Shown here: piece after piece, positions 47,545 to 56,986 of the stretch
Layout: every line of letters starts with the position of its first letter
Numbering within the stretch: the first letter of the stretch is position 1
NCBI GenBank assembly: GCA_964588985.1
Contig: CAZPQW010000004.1
Span: 96,001-160,000 of the forward strand
Reading direction: 5' to 3'
Length of the DNA stretch: 64,000 nucleotides
DNA from: an uncultured Solirubrobacteraceae bacterium
GTDB lineage: Bacteria > Actinomycetota > Thermoleophilia > Solirubrobacterales > Solirubrobacteraceae
Notes under the pieces: model-generated
The model's database searches: none
What the model saw: the letters and a program-made list of their open reading frames with translations, nothing else
What the model was told of the DNA's origin: nothing
Made by a program: the position numbers and the translations under genes

Positions 47545-48249
47545 TCACGCCGAGCGACGTCGCAGGGGCAGCACCGGCGCCAGCTCGCGTGTGGGTCTCC
47601 CGTGCAGTTCGCCATCGCTGAGCGTCAGCGCGCGAGCGCCGGAGAGGCCCGTCGACTCGCCGGTGCTCGTGAGGACCGCCATGCCCTCCCCCGTGAGGGA
47701 GCGCAGCAGCAGCAGGATCGCGTCTCGCGCTAGCAGGTCCACGCCGATCGTGGGCTCGTCGACGAGCAACAGCTTCGGCTGCAGCGCGATCGCTCGCGCG
47801 ATCGCCACGCGCACCGCTTCGCCGCCGTCGAGCTCCGTGGGCTTGAGCTTCGCGCAGCTGCCCGCGTCCGCCCGCTCGAGCGCTTCCCAGGCGCGATTGG
47901 TGGCCGTCGATGGCGCGACGCCTCGCGCCAGCTGGCCCACGACGAGATGGTCGAGCACGACCCTACCCTCGTTCGGGTGAAACGTCTTGCGGCAGTAGCC
48001 GATGCTCTCGCCGAGCAGCTCGCAGTGCCGCGCCGACAGATCGCGTCCTCCCAGACGCACGACGCCGCTGTCCGGAGTCTCCACGCCAGCGGCGATGCGC
48101 AGCAGGGTGGAGCGGCCGGAGCGTCGGCGACCCCATATGGCCACCATTTCGCCCGCTTCGACCTCGAGCGATGCGTCGTGAAGGACCACGTGCTCGTTCA
48201 AACCTCGCCCGTAGCGCTTGCTGATGTGCTCGAGCTCGAGCAGGCTCAT
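47545..48249 (-). CDS. Degenerate ABC ATP-binding protein
   Basis: GRRRSGRST, LDGGEAVR, LLVDEPT, switch His absent (STGE). Confidence 0.85.
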   Translation of the reverse strand: MSLLELEHISKRYGRGLNEHVVLHDASLEVEAGEMVAIWGRRRSGRSTLLRIAAGVETPDSGVVRLGGRDLSARHCELLGESIGYCRKTFHPNEGRVVLDHLVVGQLARGVAPSTATNRAWEALERADAGSCAKLKPTELDGGEAVRVAIARAIALQPKLLLVDEPTIGVDLLARDAILLLLRSLTGEGMAVLTSTGESTGLSGARALTLSDGELHGRPTRELAPVLPLRRRSA

Positions 48250-48857
48250 CGCGGGGCGTCCCTTCCGTCGGCCAGCGCTTTGAACTCGCGTCTGGCGTAT
48301 TCGACCCATGGCAGCTTCGCTTCCATAGCAAGGCGACTCTCCTCGGAGATCAGTCGCGCCGCGAGCCCGGACCCGGGGTCCCCTGGATGGGGGGCGGGCG
48401 TGGGGATCGCGGCCTGGCTGGCCTCTTCCAGGCAGGCCACGCCGTAGCGCTCGATCACCTCGAGAGCCATCTCCGGTTCGTGGGCGAACACAGCCAACTG
48501 GCGCGCGAACAGTCTCGAGCGACGGAAGTCTTCCTGGATCTGCTCGGTGAGACGCTCCTTGTAGCTGTCCACCCCGTCGGTGGTCGCTCGGTATCGGGGC
48601 TTGGGCTGGCGTCCCGAGCGGGTTCCCGGTATCTCGGCGATCAATCCCCTCCGCTGCAGCGTGTCCAGGGCCGTGTAGACATACGAGACGCCGCTCAGGT
48701 GGAGCATCCCCGCGTACGCTGTTTCGAATCTCTGCGCGAGCTCGTAGCCGTAGCTGGGCCGCTCGATCACGAGTCCGAGCAGCGCCCACTGAACGGCCGA
48801 CTGCATCGGCCCGGAGCTCTTCTTGGCCCGTGTCTGGACTGCTGTTTGATCTTCCAT
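48246..48857 (-). CDS. PadR family transcriptional regulator
   Basis: LLGLVIERPSYGYELAQRF...VYTALDTL...YRAT. Confidence 0.88.
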   Translation of the reverse strand: MEDQTAVQTRAKKSSGPMQSAVQWALLGLVIERPSYGYELAQRFETAYAGMLHLSGVSYVYTALDTLQRRGLIAEIPGTRSGRQPKPRYRATTDGVDSYKERLTEQIQEDFRRSRLFARQLAVFAHEPEMALEVIERYGVACLEEASQAAIPTPAPHPGDPGSGLAARLISEESRLAMEAKLPWVEYARREFKALADGRDAPR

Positions 48858-49014
48858 TTAACGGTACAGGTTACTTGGCGAGCAAACGGTCAGCAAAGCG
48901 ATGTTTCTAACTGTTGTTCCCATATTCCGCGCACTATCCGCAGACAGTCACAATGTAGAACATTCAAAGGCGTGTCTTATCAAGAGTGCCGGTGCGCTGC
49001 ATCATTCGGTTCCC

Positions 49015-49509
49015 ATGAACACCGATGCAGACATAGGTCAACGGCTTCCGCGCCTAGAGAACGGCTCGCGTCTGCGCCATCTCAACGGAGGAGCGAACGC
49101 CTTGGCAAATGGAGCGCATGCGATTGAGGCCGGCCGAGAGGCCGTGCTGGTGACCGGCGCGGACTCAGAGAAGATCGTGATCGAGCTCTCGCCGGCTCAG
49201 GTCGACCGCGTCGTGCGCGGCGCGGCCGAGAGCGGCAACATGTCCGTCCTGCTGTCGGGTCTGGACGACGTTCGCGAGGTGCTCGCGCGCGAGCCGCGCC
49301 AGTTGGAGGACTCTCGCCTGTCGCGCTCGCTGCTCGCGGGACTGTTGATGCTCGCCTCGTTTCCCACGGACGGGAGCTATCTAGGGAACGCCGAAATCGC
49401 CCGGATGCTCGACATGAACCCCAGCACGACCCATCGCTACGTCTCCACTCTCGTGGCGGTGGGGCTGCTGGAGCGCGATCCGGCGACTCGCCGGTACCGA
49501 CTCGTTTGA
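49015..49509 (+). CDS. Protein with C-terminal IclR-type HTH, no effector domain
   Basis: SRSLLAGL..L...LGNAEIARMLDMNPSTTHRYVSTLVAVGLLERDPATRRYRL. Confidence 0.8.
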   Translation: MNTDADIGQRLPRLENGSRLRHLNGGANALANGAHAIEAGREAVLVTGADSEKIVIELSPAQVDRVVRGAAESGNMSVLLSGLDDVREVLAREPRQLEDSRLSRSLLAGLLMLASFPTDGSYLGNAEIARMLDMNPSTTHRYVSTLVAVGLLERDPATRRYRLV

Positions 49510-49533
49510 TGCGCCCCGCGCGAGCGTCGCGAC

Positions 49534-50496
49534 TCACGCCCCTCCGTAGGAGGCCGGCGCGGGAGGATCTTCGCGGATGCCGGCCAGCAGCCCCAGCAAT
49601 TGCCGCCCACTGGTACCGCCGAGGACCCGCAGGCGATGCAGTCGGTAGGGATCGTCGTGAGGGTGCGCCCAGCCGGGGACTACGGTCGTGGACCCCGTAT
49701 AGCCCGCCGCGCGGACCTCGGCCACGACGGCCGCGTTGTAGTGGCCTGACGGGTAGCAGAACCAGTTGACCGGGACGCCATAGCGCTGCTGGACGACGCG
49801 TCGCGCGACGGCCACCTGATACCGAAGCTGCTTGGGGTCGAGCGCGATCAGATCCGCGTGGCTGAAGCCCTGCGTGTCGAGCTCCCAGCCGGCCTTCACG
49901 AGACCGCGTATCTCCTCCTGTCCGAGCCCGCCCTGCGAGGGCGGTAGGCCGGTCAGCTGGATGTTCTCGTCGCCCACCCAGCCGAGCCGCTGCAGGACGG
50001 GGAGCGCCTGGGTGTACTGCGACTGGTAGCCGTTGTCGAAGCTGATCACGATCGGCTTGCCCGGGCCGATCGAGACGCCCCGACGCCAGTGGGCCTCCAC
50101 CTGGTCGAGCGTGACCGCGTGCCAGCCAGTGTCCTCGAGCGCCTGCATCTGCTCGGCGAACTGTTGTGGTTCGACGTACAGGCCGGGAAACGGCGCGCCC
50201 GCGGGAGGCGCGGCGATGACGTGGTACATGAGGATCGGCACCGGGGTCGTGCCGGGAGGACCTACGACCGTCTGCGTGGTGCTCGGCGATTGCTTGGTGG
50301 CGGGCCGGCTGGAGTGGGCCGTGGTTGCGCCCCGCGGATGGTTGTTCGCGGGGGAGCCTCCGGAGCTGGAGGCGATGGCTATCGCGGCGGCCGCGCCGAG
50401 GAGCAGGGCCGCTGTCAGTACGGTTGCCGTGCGCCGACGCCGGCGGATCTCCCGCCGGCGCTGCTCACGACGGGTGCGAAGGGCGTGTGAGTCCAT
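49534..50496 (-). CDS. Membrane-anchored polysaccharide deacetylase
   Basis: VPILMYH, ISFDNGY, FCYPSG; N-terminal TM. Confidence 0.88.
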   Translation of the reverse strand: MDSHALRTRREQRRREIRRRRRTATVLTAALLLGAAAAIAIASSSGGSPANNHPRGATTAHSSRPATKQSPSTTQTVVGPPGTTPVPILMYHVIAAPPAGAPFPGLYVEPQQFAEQMQALEDTGWHAVTLDQVEAHWRRGVSIGPGKPIVISFDNGYQSQYTQALPVLQRLGWVGDENIQLTGLPPSQGGLGQEEIRGLVKAGWELDTQGFSHADLIALDPKQLRYQVAVARRVVQQRYGVPVNWFCYPSGHYNAAVVAEVRAAGYTGSTTVVPGWAHPHDDPYRLHRLRVLGGTSGRQLLGLLAGIREDPPAPASYGGA

Positions 50497-50579
50497 ACCG
50501 TGTGTGGAGGCCGCGACGATCGAGCAGCCGGCGCATCGGGAGGGGAGCATAGTCGCTCGCAAAACGGGAATCAGCCTTA

Positions 50580-50598
50580 GATAAGACGTAGTCTCATC
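50580..50598. promoter_or_regulatory. Fur-family (Zur-like) palindrome GATAAGAC-GTA-GTCTCATC
   Basis: 19-bp inverted repeat, 1 mismatch, 20 bp upstream of metal SBP. Confidence 0.55.
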
Positions 50599-50618
50599 AT
50601 TTGTTAGCCTTTCGTGCC

Positions 50619-51560
50619 ATGGGAAAGCGCGCCATCCCGCTTGTCTGGCTGCTGGTGGCAGCCGGGCTCGCGCTCGTAATCGCCGGATGCGATCGCTCGG
50701 GTCTCGCGCCGGTCGACTCCACACCTGCGTCTGCTGGAGGGCCACGCTTCGAGGTGGTGGCGGCGGAGAATTTCTGGGGGAGCCTCGCCGCGCAGCTGGC
50801 CGGCTCCAGGGCGGAGGTTCACAGCGTCATCGTCAACCCCGGCACCGACCCGCACAGCTACCAGCCGACCGCACAGGATGCGCGTAGGTTCGCGGGCGCG
50901 AACGTGGCGATCGTCAACGGCGTCGGCTACGACGAATGGGCAACGCAGCTGCTGGACGCAAGCTCTGCCAGCGGACGCGTGGTACTGAACGTCGGCCGTC
51001 TGCTCGGATTGAGCGAAGGCGCAAACCCGCACCGGTGGTACTTCCCCCACGACGTAGCAGGGGTGATCGACTCGATCGTGGCCGACTACGACCGCCTGGA
51101 TCCGTCGGACACGGGGTACTTCGCACAGCGCAAGCAGATGCTGCTGAGTACCGGGCTGGCGCGCTACGAGCAGCTGCTGCGTGAGATCCGCGCGCGCTAC
51201 GCGGGCGTGCCGGTCGGCTACAGCGAGAGCATCTTCCAGGGATTGGGTGAATACCTCGACCTGAAGCTCGCAACCCCCTACAGCTTCGCCAAGGCGATCG
51301 CGGAGGGCACCGACGTGACCGCCCGGGACAAGCAGGCAGTCGACGCCCAGGTTCAGGGCCGCAAGATCGCAGTGTGGGTTTTCAACACCCAGAACGTGAC
51401 CCCGGACGTGCAGCGCGTGAACCAGATCGCGCGCGAAGAGCACATCCCGATCGCGACGATCACCGAGACGCTCACACCCGCGTCGGCGAGCTTCCAGCAG
51501 TGGCAGGTCGAGCAGCTAGAAGGGTTGGCGCGGGCGCTACACGAAGCCACCGGTCGGTAG
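50619..51560 (+). CDS. Zn/Mn ABC transporter substrate-binding lipoprotein (ZnuA-like)
   Basis: IAGC lipobox, VVAAENFWGS, DPHSY, NPHRWY, TET. Confidence 0.9.
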   Translation: MGKRAIPLVWLLVAAGLALVIAGCDRSGLAPVDSTPASAGGPRFEVVAAENFWGSLAAQLAGSRAEVHSVIVNPGTDPHSYQPTAQDARRFAGANVAIVNGVGYDEWATQLLDASSASGRVVLNVGRLLGLSEGANPHRWYFPHDVAGVIDSIVADYDRLDPSDTGYFAQRKQMLLSTGLARYEQLLREIRARYAGVPVGYSESIFQGLGEYLDLKLATPYSFAKAIAEGTDVTARDKQAVDAQVQGRKIAVWVFNTQNVTPDVQRVNQIAREEHIPIATITETLTPASASFQQWQVEQLEGLARALHEATGR

Positions 51561-51662
51561 CGGAACGCGAGTCGTCGAGCTGGGCCGCGCAGGCCGCACG
51601 TGCGCTCGCCGATGCCGGCCGGCGGCGCGGCGGAGCAGTGTCGCGCATGTGTGGAGCGCTGA

Positions 51663-52640
51663 TCAGTCGCCGCTGAGGTTCGGCGGCAGCGGCTGGCGGG
51701 GGGTGGGGGGATCGTCGGCGAGCAATTGGGGGACAGTCACGAGGCGAAGCCCTCGCGCGCGGATCCCGCGGATGATCTCCGGCAGTGCCGCGATCGTCTG
51801 CGTGCGCACGCCACCCGCGTCGTGCATCAGGAGAATCGCGCCCGGCTGCGCGCCCGCGAGCGCGCGCTGCACGATCGTTTCGACGCCCGGCTGCAGGTAG
51901 TCGTCGGTGTCGACCGACCACAGAACCATCAGCAGGCGCAGGTGGTGCAGCTCGCGCATGGTGGTTGTGTCGAAGGAGCCGTAGGGGGGGCGGAACAGGT
52001 CCGGCCGCTGCCCGCCGAGCAGTTCGACGCGCAGGATCTGTTCGAAGAGCTCTTCGTACTGGTCGTGGGCTGACAGCTTTGCCAGCTCGGGGTGGCTCTC
52101 GGTGTGGTCGCCGATCGCGTCCCCGTCTTCGATCTCGCGCACGGTGGATGCGCTGAAGTAGCGCAGCATCTTGCCGATCACGAAGAACGTCGCGGGGGCG
52201 TGGAAGCGCTCCAGCACGCTCAGCACCTGCGGCGTGTAGGGACCCGGTCCGTCGTCGAAGGTCAACGCGACATCGCGCACGCGCGCGCTTCCCTGTTTGA
52301 CGAACGGGGTGTACGCGAGGATCGATTTGATGGCCTGTTTGCCGTCCACCTGGCTGTCGCTCGGAGGTTTCGTGCGCGCCCGACGTGTGCTGGAGCTCTT
52401 GGTCGACGCGGAGGCGCCCGGGTGGTGAGACCCCGGCAGAGCGGCGACGAGCGCGATCACGGCCAACACGAGGACGAGCACGAGCGCGGCGACCGCACGG
52501 CGGCGGCGGATGCGAATGACCTCCGGAGGGTGGGGGCGCGGCTGGGGGGAGGGTGCGCTGGGAGCGGCGGGCTCAGACGCTGACGCGCGCGCCCGGGCGG
52601 CCCTCTGCTCCTCGAAGTCCCAGTTCCAGTCGCGGCCCAT
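51663..52640 (-). CDS. Membrane-anchored NodB polysaccharide deacetylase
   Basis: ALTFDDGP, HTESH, FRPPYG, WSVDTDDY, LLMHD. Confidence 0.92.
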   Translation of the reverse strand: MGRDWNWDFEEQRAARARASASEPAAPSAPSPQPRPHPPEVIRIRRRRAVAALVLVLVLAVIALVAALPGSHHPGASASTKSSSTRRARTKPPSDSQVDGKQAIKSILAYTPFVKQGSARVRDVALTFDDGPGPYTPQVLSVLERFHAPATFFVIGKMLRYFSASTVREIEDGDAIGDHTESHPELAKLSAHDQYEELFEQILRVELLGGQRPDLFRPPYGSFDTTTMRELHHLRLLMVLWSVDTDDYLQPGVETIVQRALAGAQPGAILLMHDAGGVRTQTIAALPEIIRGIRARGLRLVTVPQLLADDPPTPRQPLPPNLSGD

Positions 52641-52713
52641 TGGTCAGCGTCAGAGTAGAGCCATTCCGATGATTCAGCCGCTCTGCCGGCCGCTACGCGA
52701 GCGAAGGCTCAGA

Positions 52714-53787
52714 TCAACCCAAAGCCGTAACCGGCCCATGCGCGGCAACGGTCACCTCTGCCCCGACGGGCAGCGCGTACTCCCCGTGCACCCGCACGAG
52801 CAGCGGCTCCGTCAGCTTGGGGCTCTCCGGCCGGATGTGCATCAACGCGTCGTGGCCGTAATACCGGCACTGCTCCACGTGCCCCCGCAGTAGGCCGTCG
52901 GGCTCGCCGCTCCCCGAGTCCTCGCCCGTCTGCGCATACGGCCGCACGTCGAGCTGCTCGGGCCGGACCATCACGACCCCCGCGCCGCTGCTAGGAACAC
53001 CCTCCTGCGCGCGCAGTGTGAGCGCACCGAGCGGTGTGCGGGCGGCGCCGTCGCGGAAGTCGGCGTCGATCACGTTGACCGCGCCGAGGAAGCGCGCGAG
53101 CCGCTCGTCGACCGGACGCTCGTACAGATCGGCGGGCGAGCCCTGCTGGACGATCCGTCCGTCGCGCAGGACGGCGACGCTGTCGGCCATCGACAGCGCC
53201 TCCTCCTGGTCGTGCGTGACGAGCACCGTGGTGACGCCCTGCGCCTTCAGCAGCGAGCTGACCTCCTCGCGGACGTGCGTGCGCAGCGACGCGTCGAGCG
53301 AGGAGAACGGCTCGTCCAGCAGCAGCGCTTGCGGACGGCGGGCGAGCGCGCGGGCGAGCGCGACACGCTGCTGCTCGCCGCCTGAGAGCTCGTGCGGCAG
53401 GCGCTTGGCGAGCGCGGCGATGCCGACCATCTCGAGCAGCTCTTCCACAGTCGCGCCGCGGCGCTCGCCGCGGGAGAGCCCGAAGCCGACGTTGCCCTCG
53501 ACGGTGAGGTGCGGGAACAGCGCTCCCTCCTGCGGTACGTAGCCGACGGAGCGCCGCTCCGGCGGGACGAACGTGTGGCCGTCGTCGAGCGTCACCCCGG
53601 CGAGCGTCACATTGCCTCGTTCGGCGCGCTCGAAGCCCGCGATCACGCGCAGCAGCGTGGTCTTGCCGCAGCCGGACAGGCCGAGCGTGGCCGTCAGCGA
53701 GCCCGCGGGCACGGCGAGCTCGACGCCCTGTAGCACCGGTGCGTGGCCGTAGCTCTTCCACAGGCCGCTCACGTCGAGGCGGTTCAT
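52714..53787 (-). CDS. fbpC: Fe3+ ABC transporter ATP-binding protein
   Basis: GLSGCGKT, LSGGEQQR, LLDEPF, TOBE-like C-terminus; operon context. Confidence 0.88.
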   Translation of the reverse strand: MNRLDVSGLWKSYGHAPVLQGVELAVPAGSLTATLGLSGCGKTTLLRVIAGFERAERGNVTLAGVTLDDGHTFVPPERRSVGYVPQEGALFPHLTVEGNVGFGLSRGERRGATVEELLEMVGIAALAKRLPHELSGGEQQRVALARALARRPQALLLDEPFSSLDASLRTHVREEVSSLLKAQGVTTVLVTHDQEEALSMADSVAVLRDGRIVQQGSPADLYERPVDERLARFLGAVNVIDADFRDGAARTPLGALTLRAQEGVPSSGAGVVMVRPEQLDVRPYAQTGEDSGSGEPDGLLRGHVEQCRYYGHDALMHIRPESPKLTEPLLVRVHGEYALPVGAEVTVAAHGPVTALG

Positions 53788-55385
53788 GCGCTTTGCTCCA
53801 TGCGCGCGAGCGTAGCCATGCGACGGCTCAGCAGGTAGGCGGGCACGGCGGATATCGCGACCATCGTCGCGGCGTACGGGGCGGCGGCTCCGTAGGAGAG
53901 TTCGCTCGTGTACGCCCAGAACTGGGTCGCGAGCGTGTTCACGCCGGTCGGTCGCAGCAGCAGCGTGGCGGTGAGCTCGGTGGCGGAGGAGATGAACACG
54001 AGCGCGAACGCCGCGCCGAGGCCCGGGGCGATCAGGGGCAGCGTCACCCGCCGCCAGGCCTCGCTGGGGGCGCAGCCCAGCGAGCGTCCGACCTCCTCCA
54101 GGCGCGGGGACGACTGCGCCATCGCCGAGCGCACGCCGACGAGCGCGAGCGGCAGGAACAGGACCGCGTAGGCAACGATCAGCTCCAGCGAGCTCTGATA
54201 CAGGGCGAACGCGTGACGAACGGTGAACGCGACGAGCCCGAGGGCGATCACGAGGCCGGGCAGCGCCATCGGGAGATACGCGAGACGCTCGATCAGCACG
54301 GTGAAGCGGTTGCGGTGGCGGATCGCGAGCGTGCTCACGGGCACTGCGAGCAGCGTCGCGATCGCGGCGGCCGCGGCGCTGTAGGCGGCGGTGTGTCCGA
54401 GCGCGGCGAGGATCGAGGTGGAGGGCAGGGTGCTCGAGCTGCCGCGGACGATCCAGTAGGCGAGCGAGCCGAGCGGCACGCCGAGCGCGAGGCCGACCAG
54501 CGCGATCAGGGCGGCGAGGACTGGCACCACCCTGCGCCCGAGTGGCACCCGCGGTGCGGTGCGACGGGCGCCCGGTCCGGCGCGCCACGATCGACCGCGC
54601 CCGCCGAGCGCGAGCTCCCCGCCGATCGCGGCTACGCTCAGCACGACGAGCACGAGCGCGAGCACGCACGCGCCGACCGTGTCGAAGCCGAGCTTGAACT
54701 CGGTGAAGATCGCGACCGTGAACGTGCGGTACTGCAGGATTTCAAAAGCGCCGAACTCGGCCAGCAGGCCGAGCGTCACGAGCAGGCACCCGCCGAGCAT
54801 CGCCGGCCAGATCTGGCGCAGCGTGACCCTCCAGAACGTCTGCCACGGGCCGAGCCCGAGGCTGCGTGCGCTCTCCTCGAGACCGGCATCGAGTCGCGCC
54901 AGGGCGCCGGCGACGGGCAGATAGACGAGCGGGTACAGCGACAGCGTCATCACCATCACCGCGGCCAGGTAGCCGTGAAGGCTGGGCTCGATCGAGACCC
55001 ACCCGAAGCTCACCACGAAGTCTGGGATCCCCAGCGGCAGCACCAGCAGCACACTCCAGAATCGCCTGCCGGGCAACTCGGTTCGCTCGACGCACCATGC
55101 GGCCGCGACGCCGACCACCGCGCACAGAAGGGTGCAGGCGAATACGAGGCGGACGGTGTTCCACAGCAACACCGCGACCGTGTGGCGCAGCAGCAGTCGC
55201 TGCACTTCGCTCCACCCGGACTGCTGCGCCTTGAGGAGCACGAAGACGAGCGGCAGCAGCACAAGCGCCGCGGCTATCGTCGCGCCCGCGACGCTCACCA
55301 GCGGCCAGCGCCGCCGGCCCGACCAAGTACGAGTCCATCTGCTGAGGGCGGGCTCGGTGGGAGCGATCGCGTTCACCGCCGGCAC
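53784..55385 (-). CDS. fbpB: Fe3+ ABC transporter permease
   Basis: Two EAA loops (LEESARSLG, LEEVGRSLG). Confidence 0.9.
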   Translation of the reverse strand: MPAVNAIAPTEPALSRWTRTWSGRRRWPLVSVAGATIAAALVLLPLVFVLLKAQQSGWSEVQRLLLRHTVAVLLWNTVRLVFACTLLCAVVGVAAAWCVERTELPGRRFWSVLLVLPLGIPDFVVSFGWVSIEPSLHGYLAAVMVMTLSLYPLVYLPVAGALARLDAGLEESARSLGLGPWQTFWRVTLRQIWPAMLGGCLLVTLGLLAEFGAFEILQYRTFTVAIFTEFKLGFDTVGACVLALVLVVLSVAAIGGELALGGRGRSWRAGPGARRTAPRVPLGRRVVPVLAALIALVGLALGVPLGSLAYWIVRGSSSTLPSTSILAALGHTAAYSAAAAAIATLLAVPVSTLAIRHRNRFTVLIERLAYLPMALPGLVIALGLVAFTVRHAFALYQSSLELIVAYAVLFLPLALVGVRSAMAQSSPRLEEVGRSLGCAPSEAWRRVTLPLIAPGLGAAFALVFISSATELTATLLLRPTGVNTLATQFWAYTSELSYGAAAPYAATMVAISAVPAYLLSRRMATLARMEQSA

Positions 55386-56411
55386 CTACAGCAGCCCGAG
55401 CTTCTGCTCGAGTTCGAGCGCGGCCCTGCCGTCGCCGAGCTCCGCGGGGGTCAGCGACACGGCCTTCAACCGGGCGAACGGCGGCAGCCCGGGGGCGGCG
55501 GCCACGCCTGGGCGCAGCGGATACTCGTAGCTGTGGCTGTGCGCAATCGCTTCCTGTCCTACACGGCTCACCAGGAAGGCGAGGAAGGCCTGGGCGTCGG
55601 CCTGGTGCGAGCTGGATTTCAGGACCGCGGCGCCGGACACGTTCACGAGGTCGCCCGCGTCGCCCGCGGCGTATTGGTGCAGTGCGGAGTGCAGCCCGCC
55701 TTGACCGACCTCGTCGCGCAGGCGATACCAGTAGTAGTGGTTGATCGGGGCGAGCGCGCTCTCGCCGTTGTTGACCTGCACGACCGCCGCCTCGTTGTCG
55801 GGGTAGATCTTCGCGTTGGCCTTCACGCCCGCGAGCCAGCGTTCCGCCGCCGCCACGCCGTCGAGCTTCAAGATCGCCGAGATCAGCGGCTGGGCGTCGG
55901 TCTCCGAGGGGGCGAAGCCGAGCTTGCCCTTCCACTTCGGATCGGCCAGATCGAGGATGTGGCTCGGCAGTTGCGCGGAAGCGATCTGCGAGGCGTTGTA
56001 GACGAGCACCGAGTCGCGCGCTGAGACGCCGACCCAGGCGCCGGTGGCGGAGTCGTCGCGTCTCGGCACCGCCGCAAGCGTGGACGGGCGCACCGGCGCC
56101 AGCAGGCCTTTCTCGCGCAGTGCTTCCAGGACCGGGGTGTTCTCCGTGTAGAACACGTCCGCGGGAGAGCTCGAGCCCTCCTGCTCGATCTGGCTCGCGA
56201 GCGTGGCCTCGTCGCCGGAGCGAACTTCGACCTTGACGTGCGTCTGTCGTTCGAAGGCCGCGACGAGCAGGGCGGTGGTCTGTTCGTGTTGACCGTTGTA
56301 GAGGGTGAGCGTCGCCTTGCCGTTGCTCGAGGAGCCTGCGCAAGCGGTGAGTAGCAGCGCGGCGGCAATGGCCGGCAGCAGGCTGAAAACTGGCAGTTGG
56401 AAGCGGCTCAT
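55386..56411 (-). CDS. fbpA: Fe3+ ABC transporter substrate-binding lipoprotein
   Basis: LTAC lipobox, YNGQHE, SPADVF, NHYYW. Confidence 0.9.
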   Translation of the reverse strand: MSRFQLPVFSLLPAIAAALLLTACAGSSSNGKATLTLYNGQHEQTTALLVAAFERQTHVKVEVRSGDEATLASQIEQEGSSSPADVFYTENTPVLEALREKGLLAPVRPSTLAAVPRRDDSATGAWVGVSARDSVLVYNASQIASAQLPSHILDLADPKWKGKLGFAPSETDAQPLISAILKLDGVAAAERWLAGVKANAKIYPDNEAAVVQVNNGESALAPINHYYWYRLRDEVGQGGLHSALHQYAAGDAGDLVNVSGAAVLKSSSHQADAQAFLAFLVSRVGQEAIAHSHSYEYPLRPGVAAAPGLPPFARLKAVSLTPAELGDGRAALELEQKLGLL

Positions 56412-56465
56412 CCTTGATATCCGATCCCTGGAGTCGGGATGACAGGACGGGACGGTAGCACAGAG

Positions 56466-56479
56466 TTAGGGTCCCCTAA
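56466..56479. promoter_or_regulatory. DtxR/IdeR box TTAGG-GTCC-CCTAA
   Basis: Palindrome matching the TTAGG-N4-CCTAA core, upstream of fbpABC. Confidence 0.7.
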
Positions 56480-56527
56480 TAGCTGTGGGCGCGCACATTC
56501 GCCGTCGAATGCGTGAGAATCACCGCC

Positions 56528-56986
56528 ATGCACGTAACCGCAAAGGCCGACTACGCCGTAAGGGCCGTCGTCGAGCTCGTCGACTCGAGCCAGGAATCGC
56601 CACGCAAGGTCGACGAGGTGGCGAAGGCGCAGGGCATCCCCGTGTCCTTCCTGGAGAACATCCTCACCCAGCTGCGCTCGTCGGGGATCGTTCGTTCTCA
56701 GCGCGGTCCCGAGGGCGGCTACTGGCTGGCGCTGCCGGCCGACGAGGTCAACCTCGCGCACATCATCCGCGCGGTCGAGGGACCCTTGGTGGGTGTTCGC
56801 GGACAGCGTCCCGAGGAGATCGAGTACGTCGGCTCCGCGGAGGCTCTGCAGCAGGTGTGGATCGCGCTGCGCGCCAACCTGCGCAAAGTGCTCGAGCATG
56901 TGACCATCGCCGACGTTGCCGCGGGCAAGCTGCCGAAGGACGTCATCGCGCTCACACGCGACGAGGCCGCCTGGGAAACGCGTTAA
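56528..56986 (+). CDS. Rrf2 family regulator (CymR-like, no Cys ligands)
   Basis: [33 protein letters not shown]. Confidence 0.92.
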   Translation: MHVTAKADYAVRAVVELVDSSQESPRKVDEVAKAQGIPVSFLENILTQLRSSGIVRSQRGPEGGYWLALPADEVNLAHIIRAVEGPLVGVRGQRPEEIEYVGSAEALQQVWIALRANLRKVLEHVTIADVAAGKLPKDVIALTRDEAAWETR

